The notes: generated by a model not told the origin, from the sequence alone. A stretch of 64,000 nt of DNA from Gorillibacterium sp. sgz5001074 (GCF_051594765.1 NZ_JBPPGJ010000003.1:264226-328225); one strand, 5' to 3'. Positions 21,036 through 31,451 are shown, counted from the stretch's first letter. Numbers and translations: made by a program.

Positions 21036-21746
21036 TCATGGAGTAAAATATAGGACGCCCAAGGCATAATCAACCGCGGCCTCGGCATGAAGTCTTGTTG
21101 TGTCATAAAGCGGTATGCTGCAATTCTCTTGTGAGATAAGGATGGTGATCTCGGTGCATCCAAGAATAACGGCTTCGGCACCCTGCCGGCTAAGCTTATC
21201 GATGATCCTTAGATAGGCCTGCCTGGATTCATCGCGAATGATCCCCAGGCACAGCTCTTGATAGATGATGTCGTGAATGACCCTTCGATCTTCTTCATTG
21301 GGGACCATAACATCGAGTCCGAACTTTTCAGTAAGCCTGCCCTTATAGAAATCCTGCTCCATCGTGAAATTAGTCCCCAATAGAGCAACTTTCTTCATTC
21401 CGTCCCGAACCATTTTCGTTGCGGTTGCATCTGCGATATGCAGCAGCGGAATGGAGACGGACTCCTCCACTTCCTTAGCCATCTTGTGCATCGTATTGGT
21501 GCATATGATGATGAAATCGGCCCCGCCGGACTCCAGCTTTTGGGCAGCATCCATCATGATTGTAGTGGCTTCCGCCCATTTCCCTTGATATTGGAGAGCC
21601 TTGATCTCCTCGAAGTCTACCGAATACAGGAGACTAATGGCGGAATGAAGTCCCCCAAGCTTCTTATTAACCGTTTGGTTGATGATCTGGTAATACAACA
21701 ACGATGACTCCCAACTCATCCCACCGATCAAACCTATTGTTTTCAT
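21036..21746 (-). CDS. Asp/Glu/hydantoin racemase family protein
   Basis: Starts MKTIGLIGGMSWESSLLYYQ, with the two halves typical of aspartate racemase. Confidence 0.75.
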   Translation of the reverse strand: MKTIGLIGGMSWESSLLYYQIINQTVNKKLGGLHSAISLLYSVDFEEIKALQYQGKWAEATTIMMDAAQKLESGGADFIIICTNTMHKMAKEVEESVSIPLLHIADATATKMVRDGMKKVALLGTNFTMEQDFYKGRLTEKFGLDVMVPNEEDRRVIHDIIYQELCLGIIRDESRQAYLRIIDKLSRQGAEAVILGCTEITILISQENCSIPLYDTTRLHAEAAVDYALGVLYFTP

Positions 21747-21776
21747 GAAACACACCTCCAAGAACGTATTAGAGCA

Positions 21777-22172
21777 TTAGAGCACCTGTGCTATCTCCCA
21801 TATATGCCCGTCCGGATCGGCAAAACAAGCCGTCCGCCGACCCCAAGGGCGCGTTATCGGTCCATTTAGCAGCTTAACGCCTAGAACCCCCAGCTCATCG
21901 CATATCCGGTCAACCTCTGGTACCTGGATGGTGAACTGAACCCGCGCCCCATCCCCAACCCGACCAACCTTCGCCGGCTCAATCAACTCGCGGGCATCCC
22001 CTTGGTTCAAGAGATTGATGCTTGTATTTCCATAGTCCAACACCACGCAGCTTTCATCTTCATAGAGGATTGAAAGGTGAAACGTCTCTTGGTAAAATGC
22101 CTTCGAACGCTGCAATTCTTCAACAAACAGGGTAATTTCAGTTATTTTATTCGCCCATCCAGCTTTCTCCAT
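21777..22172 (-). CDS. VOC (glyoxalase/bleomycin-resistance) family protein
   Basis: Start moved to MEKAGWANKITEITLF, which has an AGGGAG RBS. The upstream track extension is Arg-rich junk. Confidence 0.65.
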   Translation of the reverse strand: MEKAGWANKITEITLFVEELQRSKAFYQETFHLSILYEDESCVVLDYGNTSINLLNQGDARELIEPAKVGRVGDGARVQFTIQVPEVDRICDELGVLGVKLLNGPITRPWGRRTACFADPDGHIWEIAQVL

Positions 22173-22278
22173 CCGCTTCAGCTCCCTATTCCTTCTTTTT
22201 CGGCACCTGAGTCTTAACAGAATCTTCCAAACTATTACACCGCTATGAACGTCAATAGTCAAGTCCCGATTTACTTTC

Positions 22279-24102
22279 TCAACCCACCTCTTCTAGTCTT
22301 AGCCTCTGAATGGGCATTCGAACCAGAACGGTCGTCCCAGCCCCCGGGGTACTGACAATCGTAAGGCCATATGGCGACCCGTAATACAGCTGAATCCGCT
22401 TGTTGACATTGTAGAGGCCAATGCCCGCCATCTTGGAATTGACGTCACGGAATGCTGCGTTCATCCCGTCGACTTTCTCAGGATCCATCCCGCAGCCATT
22501 ATCGGACACCTCAAAAAGCAGGGACCGGTTATCATCGGAATAGCCGCGCACTTGGATCAGTCCTTCCGATCGTCTCATGGAGAGCCCATGGTAAATCGCA
22601 TTCTCCACAATCGGCTGCAGGATTAATTTCAGCATATAATGATCCAATATCGCTTCATCGATTTCAAGCTGGATCTCGAACAGTTCGTCAAAACGCACCT
22701 TCTGCAGCATCACATACTGCTCCAAGTGTTCTACCTCTTCGCGCACCTTCACCACATCACGGTTTAAACTGATGCCATACCGCAGTATTTTCCCCAGTGA
22801 ATAGGCCATCTCTGCGATATCCTCCGCTTTCCGCGCCTCTGCTACCATTCGGATTGACTCCAACGTATTGTACAAGAAGTGAGGATTGATTTGATTCTTC
22901 AGCATTTGAAGCTCAAGCTCTTTTTGGACAACCTTCTCCACATAAATGTCATTGATCAGTGTTCGGATGCGTGCCGACATTTTGTTGAACGACCGGGCCA
23001 ATTGACCAATTTCATCCTCCCGTTCGATTACGAACTGCTTCTCGAAAACCCCCGTTTCCCCGATCCGCATCAGCTTCACGAGATTCTGTACCGGCCGTAC
23101 AATACTTCGGGAGAATACGAACGCAAAGATGAAACTGACCCCTACGAGGGAAAGGGTGATCACCGTAGTGGTCATTGTCAATCTAGTAATATTTTTGTAC
23201 AATTCTTCCAAAGGCAGCATGCTGACGATTTTCCATCCGGTTTGCGCCGAAGTATCCATCCGCAGCAGGTAGCGGACTCCATTGATCTCTATCTTCTTAG
23301 ACAACTCCTTATTGCCGGCAACCAGTTCATTCCCGAGCTGTAAATCAAGCCGTTCTCCAATTCTCCCCAAATCATGATCGGCCAAGATACGGTTGTCATG
23401 GTCAAGCAGCAGCACTTGTTCGTTCTCCACGATTTTCATGTTATCCAGCATCTTCAACAAGCGATCGAAGGATCCGTTAATTAGAATGACGCCGATCGTC
23501 TCCCCCGTCTCCAGCTTATAGATGCCCCTTGCCACGCCGAATACATAATAGGGCCGATCCGGATGATTCGCATTCGGTATCTTATAGGTGCCGATCAATA
23601 TAGGACGCTTGTAATCCTCAAGAGCTTGTTGAAACCAGGGCTGCTGATACGCGGGAAAATCTGAAGGATGGAGCGAACGGCCCGGTATATAGAAATCACC
23701 TCGGCCCATCCTGTTGTATAGAAAGATGGAGTCGACCATAGGGTTAAACATCATATACTTATAGCCTTCCGTCGATATGACAAACGGAAAGCCCACACTG
23801 AAGGTACCGGTGGTATTGGAGGTGTCGATCTCCTGAAACAAGGTGTTATAGGTGCCGTTCTCCCTTAGCAGCGGTAATTTGGTTATATTGGTCAGCCCCG
23901 TGACCGCCTCATCAAGCTTATCCAAGGTTTGCAGATTCAACTGTTTGACTGCGTCAAGCGTATTGTTTTGCTTATCGGCCTTGTAGTAATAGTAGGTGAT
24001 GATCGATAGGACGGCCATAATGGTAAAAAGAAATGAAAAGCCGAGATGAAGCTTTGTACGAATCGGCAAATGACGAAACTGAACCCGCTTCGGGATGAAC
24101 AT
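22279..24102 (-). CDS. sensor histidine kinase, YesM-like (2 TM, HAMP, His-kinase, HATPase)
   Basis: Start at MFIPKRVQF with an AAGGGGGG RBS. The H-box (NPHFLYNTLESI) and N/G boxes (DNGCGMD, GIGLYNV) are present. Confidence 0.85.
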   Translation of the reverse strand: MFIPKRVQFRHLPIRTKLHLGFSFLFTIMAVLSIITYYYYKADKQNNTLDAVKQLNLQTLDKLDEAVTGLTNITKLPLLRENGTYNTLFQEIDTSNTTGTFSVGFPFVISTEGYKYMMFNPMVDSIFLYNRMGRGDFYIPGRSLHPSDFPAYQQPWFQQALEDYKRPILIGTYKIPNANHPDRPYYVFGVARGIYKLETGETIGVILINGSFDRLLKMLDNMKIVENEQVLLLDHDNRILADHDLGRIGERLDLQLGNELVAGNKELSKKIEINGVRYLLRMDTSAQTGWKIVSMLPLEELYKNITRLTMTTTVITLSLVGVSFIFAFVFSRSIVRPVQNLVKLMRIGETGVFEKQFVIEREDEIGQLARSFNKMSARIRTLINDIYVEKVVQKELELQMLKNQINPHFLYNTLESIRMVAEARKAEDIAEMAYSLGKILRYGISLNRDVVKVREEVEHLEQYVMLQKVRFDELFEIQLEIDEAILDHYMLKLILQPIVENAIYHGLSMRRSEGLIQVRGYSDDNRSLLFEVSDNGCGMDPEKVDGMNAAFRDVNSKMAGIGLYNVNKRIQLYYGSPYGLTIVSTPGAGTTVLVRMPIQRLRLEEVG

Positions 24103-24196
24103 GGCAACGCCCCCCTTGCCATCTAAATGGGATACCGATTCCATCCTACCATTTTTATCCACGTTCTAGAAACCGATATTTCGGAGGAGGTATAGC

Positions 24197-25810
24197 ATGC
24201 TGCATATTGTTGTTGCGGATGACGACCGAACGATTCGGGAAGGATTGCGGGCCATCATTGAAAGTCTTGATCGGGGGTATACGCTCGATACCGCTTCAGG
24301 AGACGGGCAAACGGCACTGGAGAAGGTATTAGAGCAAAATCCGGATGTCCTGATTACCGATATCAAGATGCCTGCCATGAACGGGATCGAGCTGCTGGCA
24401 GAGCTGAACCGTAGGGGCATTAAGGTTAAAACTATCGTACTTAGCGGATATGACGACTTTGTTTATGTCAAGGATAGCTTAAAGGCGGGAGCGATGGATT
24501 ACCTGCTGAAGCCGATTCATAAGCGCGAGCTCTTGAAGCAGCTTGAGACCATCGAGCGTTTGAAGGAGGAAGAGCGGAACCGGGCGGATCAACTCCTCAA
24601 GCAGCTGACGCAAGCTGAAGAGAACACATGCCTCGTAAAGGAGAAGCTTCTCTGGGATCTGGTCGTTCGGCGCAATGCCTATGATACCGGTTGCCTGGAG
24701 CGGCGGGCGGGCGCCTGGAATTTGCTAGAGGTAGGGGCCTTCATCTTTGCCATTGTGGAGAAGGATGCCCAACTGAAGCCCCCTCATTCGGAACCGGTGC
24801 CTATAGCTGCCCCCATTAGGATCGGCCACTGGGATACCCTAACCCTACGTCGGGAAGTGAAGGATCTCCTGGGCGAACACGTGTTGTTCAGCATCCAGAA
24901 CAATCAATTGATCGTTCTCTGCCCGCTTTCCGATGCAGGCGCCGATCAGGTCCGGGAAACGGAACGAAGGTTGCGGGACTTGACCCGCCTGCTTAAGTCC
25001 TATGACGAGAGCTCTTACACCGTCGGCATCAGTGAGCCCTATTCATCCTGCCTCGAAACCGAGGGGGCGTACTTGAATGCGAATCTGACGGTACAGCGAA
25101 AGTTTTACGAAGGAGAAGGGGCGTTCTATTACAGCTGGGAAGGGGAACCGTTTGCGGCATTCGAGCCGCGGCTTATCCAGGCTGAGGTCGAGAAGCTTCA
25201 CGCAGCTGTAGAAGTGCTGAATCCCTCTAAGGCGAAGGACGAACTATCCACTATCCTTAAGCGGATGATACAGATTCGGATTAAGCCGGAGGACATTCGT
25301 GAAGTGCTGGTTGGGCTTGTCCGTACCCTCCTCACACGATACGAATGGCTGAGCCAGGCGGCGGAGATGCCTCCTAAGCTCGGCCTGCAGCAGATTATCG
25401 AGAAAGCGGGCACGGCGGACGAATTGAAGGTAACACTGCCGGACGGTATATACGAGTTGGTTACACAGGCTGCCGCCCTTCGGATGAAGAAGGAGGACAA
25501 ACTGGTCACGCTTGTCAAAACGTATATTGAGACGAACTACCACCAACCCATTACACTGAAGCAAGTAGCGGAGGTTGTGAATTTGACTCCAAGCTATTTA
25601 TCCCAATATTTCAAAACCGAAACCGGCTTCGGCTTCATGGACTATTTGCTGGAGACGAGAATTAAAGCAGCGAAGAAGCTCCTGGCCGAGCAGGACGTGA
25701 AGGTCTATGATGCCGGTTATTTGGTCGGCTACGACAACCCCAGCTCCTTCAACCGGGCCTTCAAAGCAGTAACCGGGCTGACTCCGGCCGAATTCCGAAA
25801 ACATGTATAG
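24197..25810 (+). CDS. response regulator with C-terminal AraC HTH, YesN-like
   Basis: 537 aa with a REC domain (VVADDDRTIREG..DIKMP..K) and an AraC-type HTH at the C-terminus. Confidence 0.85.
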   Translation: MLHIVVADDDRTIREGLRAIIESLDRGYTLDTASGDGQTALEKVLEQNPDVLITDIKMPAMNGIELLAELNRRGIKVKTIVLSGYDDFVYVKDSLKAGAMDYLLKPIHKRELLKQLETIERLKEEERNRADQLLKQLTQAEENTCLVKEKLLWDLVVRRNAYDTGCLERRAGAWNLLEVGAFIFAIVEKDAQLKPPHSEPVPIAAPIRIGHWDTLTLRREVKDLLGEHVLFSIQNNQLIVLCPLSDAGADQVRETERRLRDLTRLLKSYDESSYTVGISEPYSSCLETEGAYLNANLTVQRKFYEGEGAFYYSWEGEPFAAFEPRLIQAEVEKLHAAVEVLNPSKAKDELSTILKRMIQIRIKPEDIREVLVGLVRTLLTRYEWLSQAAEMPPKLGLQQIIEKAGTADELKVTLPDGIYELVTQAAALRMKKEDKLVTLVKTYIETNYHQPITLKQVAEVVNLTPSYLSQYFKTETGFGFMDYLLETRIKAAKKLLAEQDVKVYDAGYLVGYDNPSSFNRAFKAVTGLTPAEFRKHV

Positions 25811-25900
25811 AAATCGTAATTCGTGTTATGTGCAGAATCCTCACCATCCGATATATTCAATTTAGGAAGTCCAAGGATGAGGATTAAGGGGGAATTCGGG

Positions 25901-27208
25901 ATGAAACGTTTGGGATTATCGGTAACGTCAATTGCAATTGCTGCACTGCTGGCGGCAGGGTGCTCTAGTACCAGCTCCGGCCCAAGTCCCAGCACAGGCG
26001 GCTCGGCTGGTGGCTCGGCAAGTTCATCACCTTCGAATCCTGCAAAAAAGGAACTGAAAGGGGATATCACCTTCCTCACACACCGGACGGATGTCGCGGA
26101 TACCATCCTCACCGACATCGCCAAAGACTTCATGAAGCAGAACCCGGGTGTGAAAATTACCGTGGAGCCAAGCAAGGGTGACGATGTACTCAAAACCCGG
26201 ATTGCCGCCAATGAAATGCCGGATATTATGTTTATCCCGAATGGCTTAAGCCTAACCAAAAAGGACTATCCGAATTATTTCGTACCGATTGAGGATCTGG
26301 GCTACACCCGCGACAATCTATGGTATTACGATAACGGCGTCGGCACAGACGGAAAATTGTATACGCTTTCTATCGGTGTTAACTACCAGGGGATTGTGTA
26401 TTCCAAGACAGCATTTAAGAACGCAGGGTTAACATCCACGCCGAAGACACTGGATGAATTCTATGCAGCGGCGGAGCTGTTGAAGCAGAAGGGCATTGTC
26501 CCGGTTGCTTCCAACTATAAAGACGGCTGGCCACTCGGCAATTACTCCAACGGGGCTTATTCCAATGACATTACCGGTTCCAAAAACTACATGAACACGC
26601 TGGTCACGAAGGATCTGTTAAACGATGACAAAGGCGGCTTGATCGAGTCGGCCAAGTTCCTGAGGACCTTAGCGGATAAAGGCTACTTGGAAAAGGATCT
26701 AATGTCCACGAACTGGGATGGATCGAAACGCGACCTGGCACAAGGGAAGATCGGCATGATGTTCCTCGGAACCTGGCTGCCGGCTCAGATCGTCCAAAAC
26801 GGTGCGAAGCCTGAGGACGTAGGCATGTTTCCGATCCCAGGCGCCAAGGCCCTTGTCGGAAGCGCCGATGTTCTATACGGGGTGACCAAGAACTCTAAAT
26901 ATCCGGAGGCCGCCAAAGCCTTCATGAAGTTCATGTGGGATCGTGGCAATATGGCGAAGAAGGTGGGCATGATTCCGCCGAATAAGGACTATGTGCCGGA
27001 TGAGCCGTTCGTGAAGGAACTAATGTCGTCCAACCTGCCGATCGTGGAATGGGAAGCGACCTCCCCGGCATATCAGGATCTGGTATCCAAGAGCCAAATT
27101 GACGTGAATAAAGTATTCCAGGAGTATGTCATCAGCAAAAACCCGCAGGAGATCATCGAGAAATACAACAAAAAATGGGCAGATGCCAAAAAAGCCCTTG
27201 GAAAATAG
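25901..27208 (+). CDS. ABC transporter extracellular solute-binding lipoprotein (sugar, family 1)
   Basis: Lipoprotein signal (LLAAGCSS). Start at MKRLGLS with an AAGGGGGA RBS. Confidence 0.8.
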   Translation: MKRLGLSVTSIAIAALLAAGCSSTSSGPSPSTGGSAGGSASSSPSNPAKKELKGDITFLTHRTDVADTILTDIAKDFMKQNPGVKITVEPSKGDDVLKTRIAANEMPDIMFIPNGLSLTKKDYPNYFVPIEDLGYTRDNLWYYDNGVGTDGKLYTLSIGVNYQGIVYSKTAFKNAGLTSTPKTLDEFYAAAELLKQKGIVPVASNYKDGWPLGNYSNGAYSNDITGSKNYMNTLVTKDLLNDDKGGLIESAKFLRTLADKGYLEKDLMSTNWDGSKRDLAQGKIGMMFLGTWLPAQIVQNGAKPEDVGMFPIPGAKALVGSADVLYGVTKNSKYPEAAKAFMKFMWDRGNMAKKVGMIPPNKDYVPDEPFVKELMSSNLPIVEWEATSPAYQDLVSKSQIDVNKVFQEYVISKNPQEIIEKYNKKWADAKKALGK

Positions 27209-27300
27209 GAGTTCAATAGCGTGGGGTACAGCAGCAAAAAAGCCGGTTGTGATCCTTCATAACCGGCTTTCGCTTATCCTTCCGAAGGAGAGGTTACACG

Positions 27301-28194
27301 ATGATCAGAACAATGAGCAATCGGCGGGAGCAATTCGTCACGATAGCTGCCTTTTTAACCGTGCCGCTAATCTTACTGCTTGCGTTCTCCTACTTCCCGG
27401 CCTTCAAATTGATTCAGCTCAGCTTCACCGACTGGGATGGCATGCGGCCCCATTACAATTATGTGGGCTGGCAGAATTATATAGATGTGATTTCGGAGAA
27501 GACTGCGCTGCATACGCTGGTCAACAATCTGGCTTATGTCATCATCTCGATCATTCAGACACTGCTAGGGCTCTATTTTGCTATCATTTTGGACTCCAAT
27601 ATCCGGGGGAAAAGGTGGTTCCGCTCCTTCATCTTTATGCCCTATGTCTTAAATGGCGTGGCGGTTGCCTATATGTTCAGTTATATGTACAACTACGAAG
27701 AAGGCCCCCTGAATCTTCTTCTCAACGCCATCGGACTGGAGCAGCTTGCTATTCGTTGGTTGGGCAACTTCTGGTACAGCAACATATCTCTCGCATTTAT
27801 GGGCTTGTGGCAGAACACCGGGCTGGCTATGGTCATCTTCCTCGGCGCTCTGCAATCGATTCCGAAGGACTTATATGAATCAGCCAGCATCGATGGAGCG
27901 AATTTCTACCACAAGGTACGCTATATTACACTGCCCAGCATCATGCTCGTTATCGAGATTAACTTGTTCCTGAGCGTGAACGGCGCTCTGCAGGCATTTT
28001 TCCAGCCGTTCATCATGACGCAAGGAGGGCCGGGAGACCGTACACAGACGTTCGCATCCATGGCCTATTACACGGCATTCCGATTCCATAACTTCGGTCT
28101 TGCCTCCGCGCTGGGAGTCTTGTTGCTCGTCCTCATCCTGATTGTTCTCACTTTACAAAAGGCTGTGGTGAAGACCGGAGGTGAGCACTCTTGA
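27301..28194 (+). CDS. sugar ABC transporter permease (MalF/UgpA-like)
   Basis: 297 aa, 6 TM, with an EAA-like loop. Confidence 0.8.
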   Translation: MIRTMSNRREQFVTIAAFLTVPLILLLAFSYFPAFKLIQLSFTDWDGMRPHYNYVGWQNYIDVISEKTALHTLVNNLAYVIISIIQTLLGLYFAIILDSNIRGKRWFRSFIFMPYVLNGVAVAYMFSYMYNYEEGPLNLLLNAIGLEQLAIRWLGNFWYSNISLAFMGLWQNTGLAMVIFLGALQSIPKDLYESASIDGANFYHKVRYITLPSIMLVIEINLFLSVNGALQAFFQPFIMTQGGPGDRTQTFASMAYYTAFRFHNFGLASALGVLLLVLILIVLTLQKAVVKTGGEHS

Positions 28195-29045
28195 CGCGCT
28201 TCGATTCAGGACTCGTCGTAAAGCAGCCCGTTCTGCGGTGGTTCAACTATCTGCTCATGTCGCTGTTTGTCCTTATGGTGATTGTGCCGTTGGTCATTGT
28301 CATCATGGTGTCGTTTAAGACGAACGAGGAATATATCCACTCGAGCGTATGGGATCTGCCCCTTAACTGGTTCAATTGGGAGAATTACTGGACTTATTTT
28401 AAGCGGGGCAAAATGCTGATCGGCTTCAAAAATGTAGCGATCCTAATCATCGTAGCTCTTACCTCGAGCATATTCATGGGCACGATGGTGTCCTATGTCA
28501 TATCACGCTTTCAATTCCGCGGCAAAAAGCTGCTGCTCGGCGCTTATGTGCTCGCGGCAATCTTCCCAGCCACTACAACGGCGATTGCCACCTTCACCAT
28601 AATCAAGTCGCTTCACCTGTACAACACCATATGGTCTGGATGTTTACTCTATTCGGCGACCGGGGTACTGGATATCTATTTATTCCTGCAGTTTATGTAC
28701 AAGATTCCGTTAGAGCTCGACCAAAGCGCACGAATGGATGGCGCTTCGCACTTTCGCGTCTACAGCTCCATCTTATTGCCGCTGATGCGGCCGGCCATCG
28801 CAACCATATCCATCTTGAAGATCGTCGGCATTTATAACGACTTCTTCATACCGACCGTATATATGCCGGCTCTCAAATTGTCCACGATCACCAGTGGGCT
28901 AATGGTTTTTACAACGGACCGCGTTTCACAATGGAATGTGCTTTCAGCCGGAATCGTTGCCGTCATGCTGCCGACCATGGTTATTTATGTGCTCATGCAG
29001 CGCCATATAATTGCAGGCGTTACCGACGGCTCGGTTAAGTCTTAG
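28191..29045 (+). CDS. sugar ABC transporter permease (MalG/UgpE-like)
   Basis: Overlaps the previous stop (operon) and carries an EAA motif (DQSARMDGAS). Confidence 0.8.
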   Translation: MTRFDSGLVVKQPVLRWFNYLLMSLFVLMVIVPLVIVIMVSFKTNEEYIHSSVWDLPLNWFNWENYWTYFKRGKMLIGFKNVAILIIVALTSSIFMGTMVSYVISRFQFRGKKLLLGAYVLAAIFPATTTAIATFTIIKSLHLYNTIWSGCLLYSATGVLDIYLFLQFMYKIPLELDQSARMDGASHFRVYSSILLPLMRPAIATISILKIVGIYNDFFIPTVYMPALKLSTITSGLMVFTTDRVSQWNVLSAGIVAVMLPTMVIYVLMQRHIIAGVTDGSVKS

Positions 29046-29064
29046 AGGTATGAGCCGCTCCACT

Positions 29065-30429
29065 CTAGGCCGATACCGGGGTCGTTCTCTCCTTCTTCCT
29101 TCGATTGGAGTACAAAACGAACAGGAAGATGAACCACAGCGGCGTCAGCAGCAAGGCCGGGCGGGTCTCATCCGAGAACAGCATGACCACGAGAATGAAG
29201 CCGAAGAGCACCAGAACGACATAGTTGATAAAAGGGGTAAACGGCGCTTTAAAGGTGGATTTCGCCTGCAGCTGAGGCTGGGTCTTCTTATAGATCAGGT
29301 GGCTGATCAAGATGACGCCCCAAACCCATATGAAGCATATCGCGCTGATGGTGGTCACGATTCCGAAGGCCTGCTCCGGTATGAGCTTGCTGAGAAGCGC
29401 CCCGGCGGACAAGACAACGGTGGATACCAGCAACGAGTTGCCAGGGACATGATTCTGGTTCAGCTTCGCGAACTGGGCCGGGGCTTGCTCCTTCAAGCCC
29501 AAGGTATAGAGGATCCTGCTGGTGGAGAACATCCCGCTATTGCATGCGGATGCGGCGGAGGTCAGCACCACGAAGTTGATGATTCCCGCGGCGACCGGTA
29601 CCCCAACCAAGCTGAAGGTCTTCACAAAAGGGCTTTCTGCCGGTGTCAGCTGCGTCCAGGGGTTCACGCACAACAAGACGATCAGGGCACCGACATAGAA
29701 GAATAGAATCCGCATCGGGATTTTATTAATAGCGGAGGGGATATTTTGAGCCGGATTCGAGGTTTCCGCTGCGGACACCCCGACTAACTCCACGCCGACA
29801 TATGCGAACACGACCATCTGGAAGGAAAGCAGGAAGCCGGAGAACCCGTTCGGGAACAGCCCGCCATGGTCCCAGAGGTTCCGGACCGTAACCGGTCCCG
29901 CCGACGTCTTGTACCCGATTACCAGTAACACCACCCCAACTCCGATCAGAGCGAGAATGGTGACGACCTTCACTAGGGCAAACCAGAATTCCAGCTCTCC
30001 GAAGAGCTTGACCGTCAATAAATTCAGCCCCAACAGGATGATCAAGCACACCAGTGCCGGCACCCATTGCGGGATATCGAACCAATACTGCACATATAAG
30101 CCTACCGCAATTACATCGGCCATCGCCGTCATGATCCAGCAGAACCAATAGGTCCATCCCGTAACAAAGGCCGCCCGAGGCCCCAGATAATCCTCCGCAA
30201 TGTCCGTAAAGGATTGATAGCCGGCTTTGGACAGCAGCAGCTCACCCAAGGCCCTCATAACGAAAAACACTGCAATGCCCACGATAAGATAAGCCAGGAT
30301 GATGGATGGCCCCGCCTGTTGAATCGCCTTGCCTGACCCCAGGAACAGCCCCGTCCCTATGGTACCTCCTATGGCAATGAGCTGCACATGCCGATTGGCT
30401 AAATCCCTCTTCAATCCCGATTGTGTCAC
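29065..30429 (-). CDS. APC-family amino-acid permease, CycA-like (D-Ser/D-Ala/Gly type)
   Basis: GTG start with an AGGAG RBS. The N-terminus (LKRDLANRHVQLIAIGGTIGTGLF) closely parallels E. coli CycA. Confidence 0.8.
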   Translation of the reverse strand: MTQSGLKRDLANRHVQLIAIGGTIGTGLFLGSGKAIQQAGPSIILAYLIVGIAVFFVMRALGELLLSKAGYQSFTDIAEDYLGPRAAFVTGWTYWFCWIMTAMADVIAVGLYVQYWFDIPQWVPALVCLIILLGLNLLTVKLFGELEFWFALVKVVTILALIGVGVVLLVIGYKTSAGPVTVRNLWDHGGLFPNGFSGFLLSFQMVVFAYVGVELVGVSAAETSNPAQNIPSAINKIPMRILFFYVGALIVLLCVNPWTQLTPAESPFVKTFSLVGVPVAAGIINFVVLTSAASACNSGMFSTSRILYTLGLKEQAPAQFAKLNQNHVPGNSLLVSTVVLSAGALLSKLIPEQAFGIVTTISAICFIWVWGVILISHLIYKKTQPQLQAKSTFKAPFTPFINYVVLVLFGFILVVMLFSDETRPALLLTPLWFIFLFVLYSNRRKKERTTPVSA

Positions 30430-30439
30430 AATAAACTCC

Positions 30440-30640
30440 TCCTTAGGGGTTGGATTGCACAAAAAAAAGAGATTGGATGTCTCCAATCTCAAGTCATAAG
30501 AATAACGAATAATAGTTGCCGCCCAGACGGAATACGACTGTACGACAAATACCATTCCATACTCTTCTGTCCTTTTGCCTGAGATAGTGAACCCTTCGGC
30601 GCCGTGGAAGTCCCACGGTCTCTCCAGAAGCTGCTCCTGC
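30440..30640 (-). ncRNA. glycine riboswitch (single aptamer) with intrinsic terminator/attenuator
   Basis: The minus-strand leader contains CUGGAGAG..GCGCCGAAGGG..CUCAGGCAAAAGGACAG, the signature of a glycine aptamer. A GAGAUUGGAG/CUCCAAUCUC hairpin plus U8 sits just before the RBS. Confidence 0.55.
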
Positions 30641-30759
30641 TATAGTGTGATCCATAGCAATCATAGCTTGTGAAATATTCAGTTGTACCTAATTATAATC
30701 CTATAGGAGTGAACCTCCATGGTCATATCGTAATATTTTGTGACGGAATGTGGCCAGTA

Positions 30760-31443
30760 CTAAAGCATGTTGCTAATCTTTCTATTTCTTTCCAGCAGCT
30801 GCATACTGATCGTATCTATCAATTCAGCACTTTCAGCTTTTTCATTTTTCGTGACAAAGCCTTTGAGCAGTTGAATATTTTGGGCTATGACCTCCTCTAG
30901 TCCATACAGGGTTGGATGTGATTTCACCTGACTGCTTCTACATGTGTCATATAGTTTCTCGAGATTTTTCTTAAGCATGGCATCCGTTGTTTGTTCCATT
31001 AGCAGTCTCAACTCAGCGGAAGCATCCTTTATATAATTGGAATAGTACTTGCTTTCTTGTTCTTTATGAATTGCTTTTTCAGTAAAAATCAAGCTGGTCA
31101 TGTAAGCTAGGGCATATAGACCTGCGATTATCAATTGTGGTATGAACGAAGCGTTAAAAGATGCATTCTTAAAATAAATAAAAACAAGACCTATGAAGAA
31201 CGCACCAATAAAATATAAGAACGACAAATAAATAAGGGGATATCCGAACACCAAGGAACTTTTCACTTTAGGCATGGTTATCGTTGATAGAACAAACATG
31301 AGATAGGCAAAATGAATAAAACCGTAGGATACCCAAAACGCGGTAGTAAACTCCTTCATAATCAGAAAAATAACGGCATTGAAAACGATAACAAAAATTG
31401 AACTTAATAAAATCCAAAGAATGTTAATTTTTTTATTCATCAT
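30760..31443 (-). CDS. membrane protein, about 4 TM N-terminal plus C-terminal coiled-coil domain (low GC)
   Basis: Last gene of a low-GC (~35%) four-gene cluster. Start MMNKKINILW abuts the upstream gene. No family recognised. Confidence 0.55.
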   Translation of the reverse strand: MMNKKINILWILLSSIFVIVFNAVIFLIMKEFTTAFWVSYGFIHFAYLMFVLSTITMPKVKSSLVFGYPLIYLSFLYFIGAFFIGLVFIYFKNASFNASFIPQLIIAGLYALAYMTSLIFTEKAIHKEQESKYYSNYIKDASAELRLLMEQTTDAMLKKNLEKLYDTCRSSQVKSHPTLYGLEEVIAQNIQLLKGFVTKNEKAESAELIDTISMQLLERNRKISNML

Positions 31444-31451
31444 TAGCCGCC

